From: Phallusia mammillata | Lineage: Eukaryota | Length of the DNA: 64,000 nucleotides | Assembly (NCBI GenBank): GCA_965637545.1 | Contig: OZ281494.1 | Location: 2,170,001-2,234,000 of the forward strand | Direction: 5' to 3' | Part shown: positions 63,540 to 64,000 of the stretch, one piece after another | How the letters are laid out: each line of letters starts with the position of its first letter | Numbering within the stretch: position 1 is the first letter of the stretch | Notes under the pieces: model-generated | Databases searched by the model: none | What the model saw: the letters and a program-made list of their open reading frames with translations, nothing else | Told to the model about the DNA's origin: nothing | Position numbers and translations under genes: made by a program

Positions 63540-64000
63540 CTTCGGCTTTAACCATGACATTGATATCTGCTTATAGACTTGTATCTGTCTACAAACTATT
63601 TCTCACTATATTACTGGGGCCTAAATGGACTATTTTGGGGTGTTTTGTTACTTGGTGTGTTTCTTTGTTCATTGCCATTATTCCAATCCTTAATTTTTCC
63701 TCTGGTTAGTTTGTGACAACAATCTGGTTTCCTAATTTCGTTCACAAACGTGATTTTGTTTCTTTTGAAGCTGCAATGCTTTTGGCACAACAAATGTCAC
63801 CCACCAACAGCACCGTGTTATCATGACACGACGCTAAACGAGTCATCGACATCAACATGTCCGTGCAATTAATCAAAGGAGAGTTTGGTTACTACGCCAA
63901 AACCAGCGTGTGTTTGCCAAGACTGTTTTCTTCAAGTGGCAATTCAGCTTGGGGATACTCACTGTTTGTAATCACAGTAGATTTTGTCTTGTTTATTTTA
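63540..64000 (+). pseudogene. 5'-truncated LDLa-GPCR 7TM fragment G4 (runs off the window)
   Basis: Homology begins abruptly at TTCGGCTTTAACCATG (TM3). It shares G3's TAG (63707-63709) and G3-specific residues (YKLFLTILLGPKWTIL), and has an extra TGA near 63824. Confidence 0.88.

Overview
Eukaryotic, AT-rich, short-intron genomic DNA. By style it is an invertebrate deuterostome, most likely an ascidian/tunicate; this is an inference. There are no prokaryotic features. Three extracellular-recognition gene families sit side by side, and the latter two are in active birth-and-death turnover. (1) One intact 8-exon adhesion GPCR at 3334-7351: signal peptide, divergent SUEL/Gal-lectin-like domain, GAIN/GPS with an acidic (SEE)n insert, and 7TM. 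(2) A pentraxin array at about 9.7-41.1 kb of two sequence classes, which I label A and B. Four genes look intact, one is a single base short in a poly-T run, one is disrupted by a hAT MITE, and the rest are fragments. One B-A block is inverted. (3) A tandem array of multi-LDLa rhodopsin-type GPCRs (GRL101/RXFP-like 7TM but with no leucine-rich repeats) at 44-64 kb: one intact 999-aa gene, two disabled copies and a truncated copy at the window edge. The 8.4-13.7 kb interval is a patchwork of fragments from all three families, fused around a dead Penelope-like reverse transcriptase that reads in frame into a GPCR TM7 fragment. A piggyBac-type non-autonomous element and several hAT/Buster-type MITEs with target-site duplications are present. 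All exon models were built by hand from GT/GC-AG sites and phase consistency. No database searches were possible.
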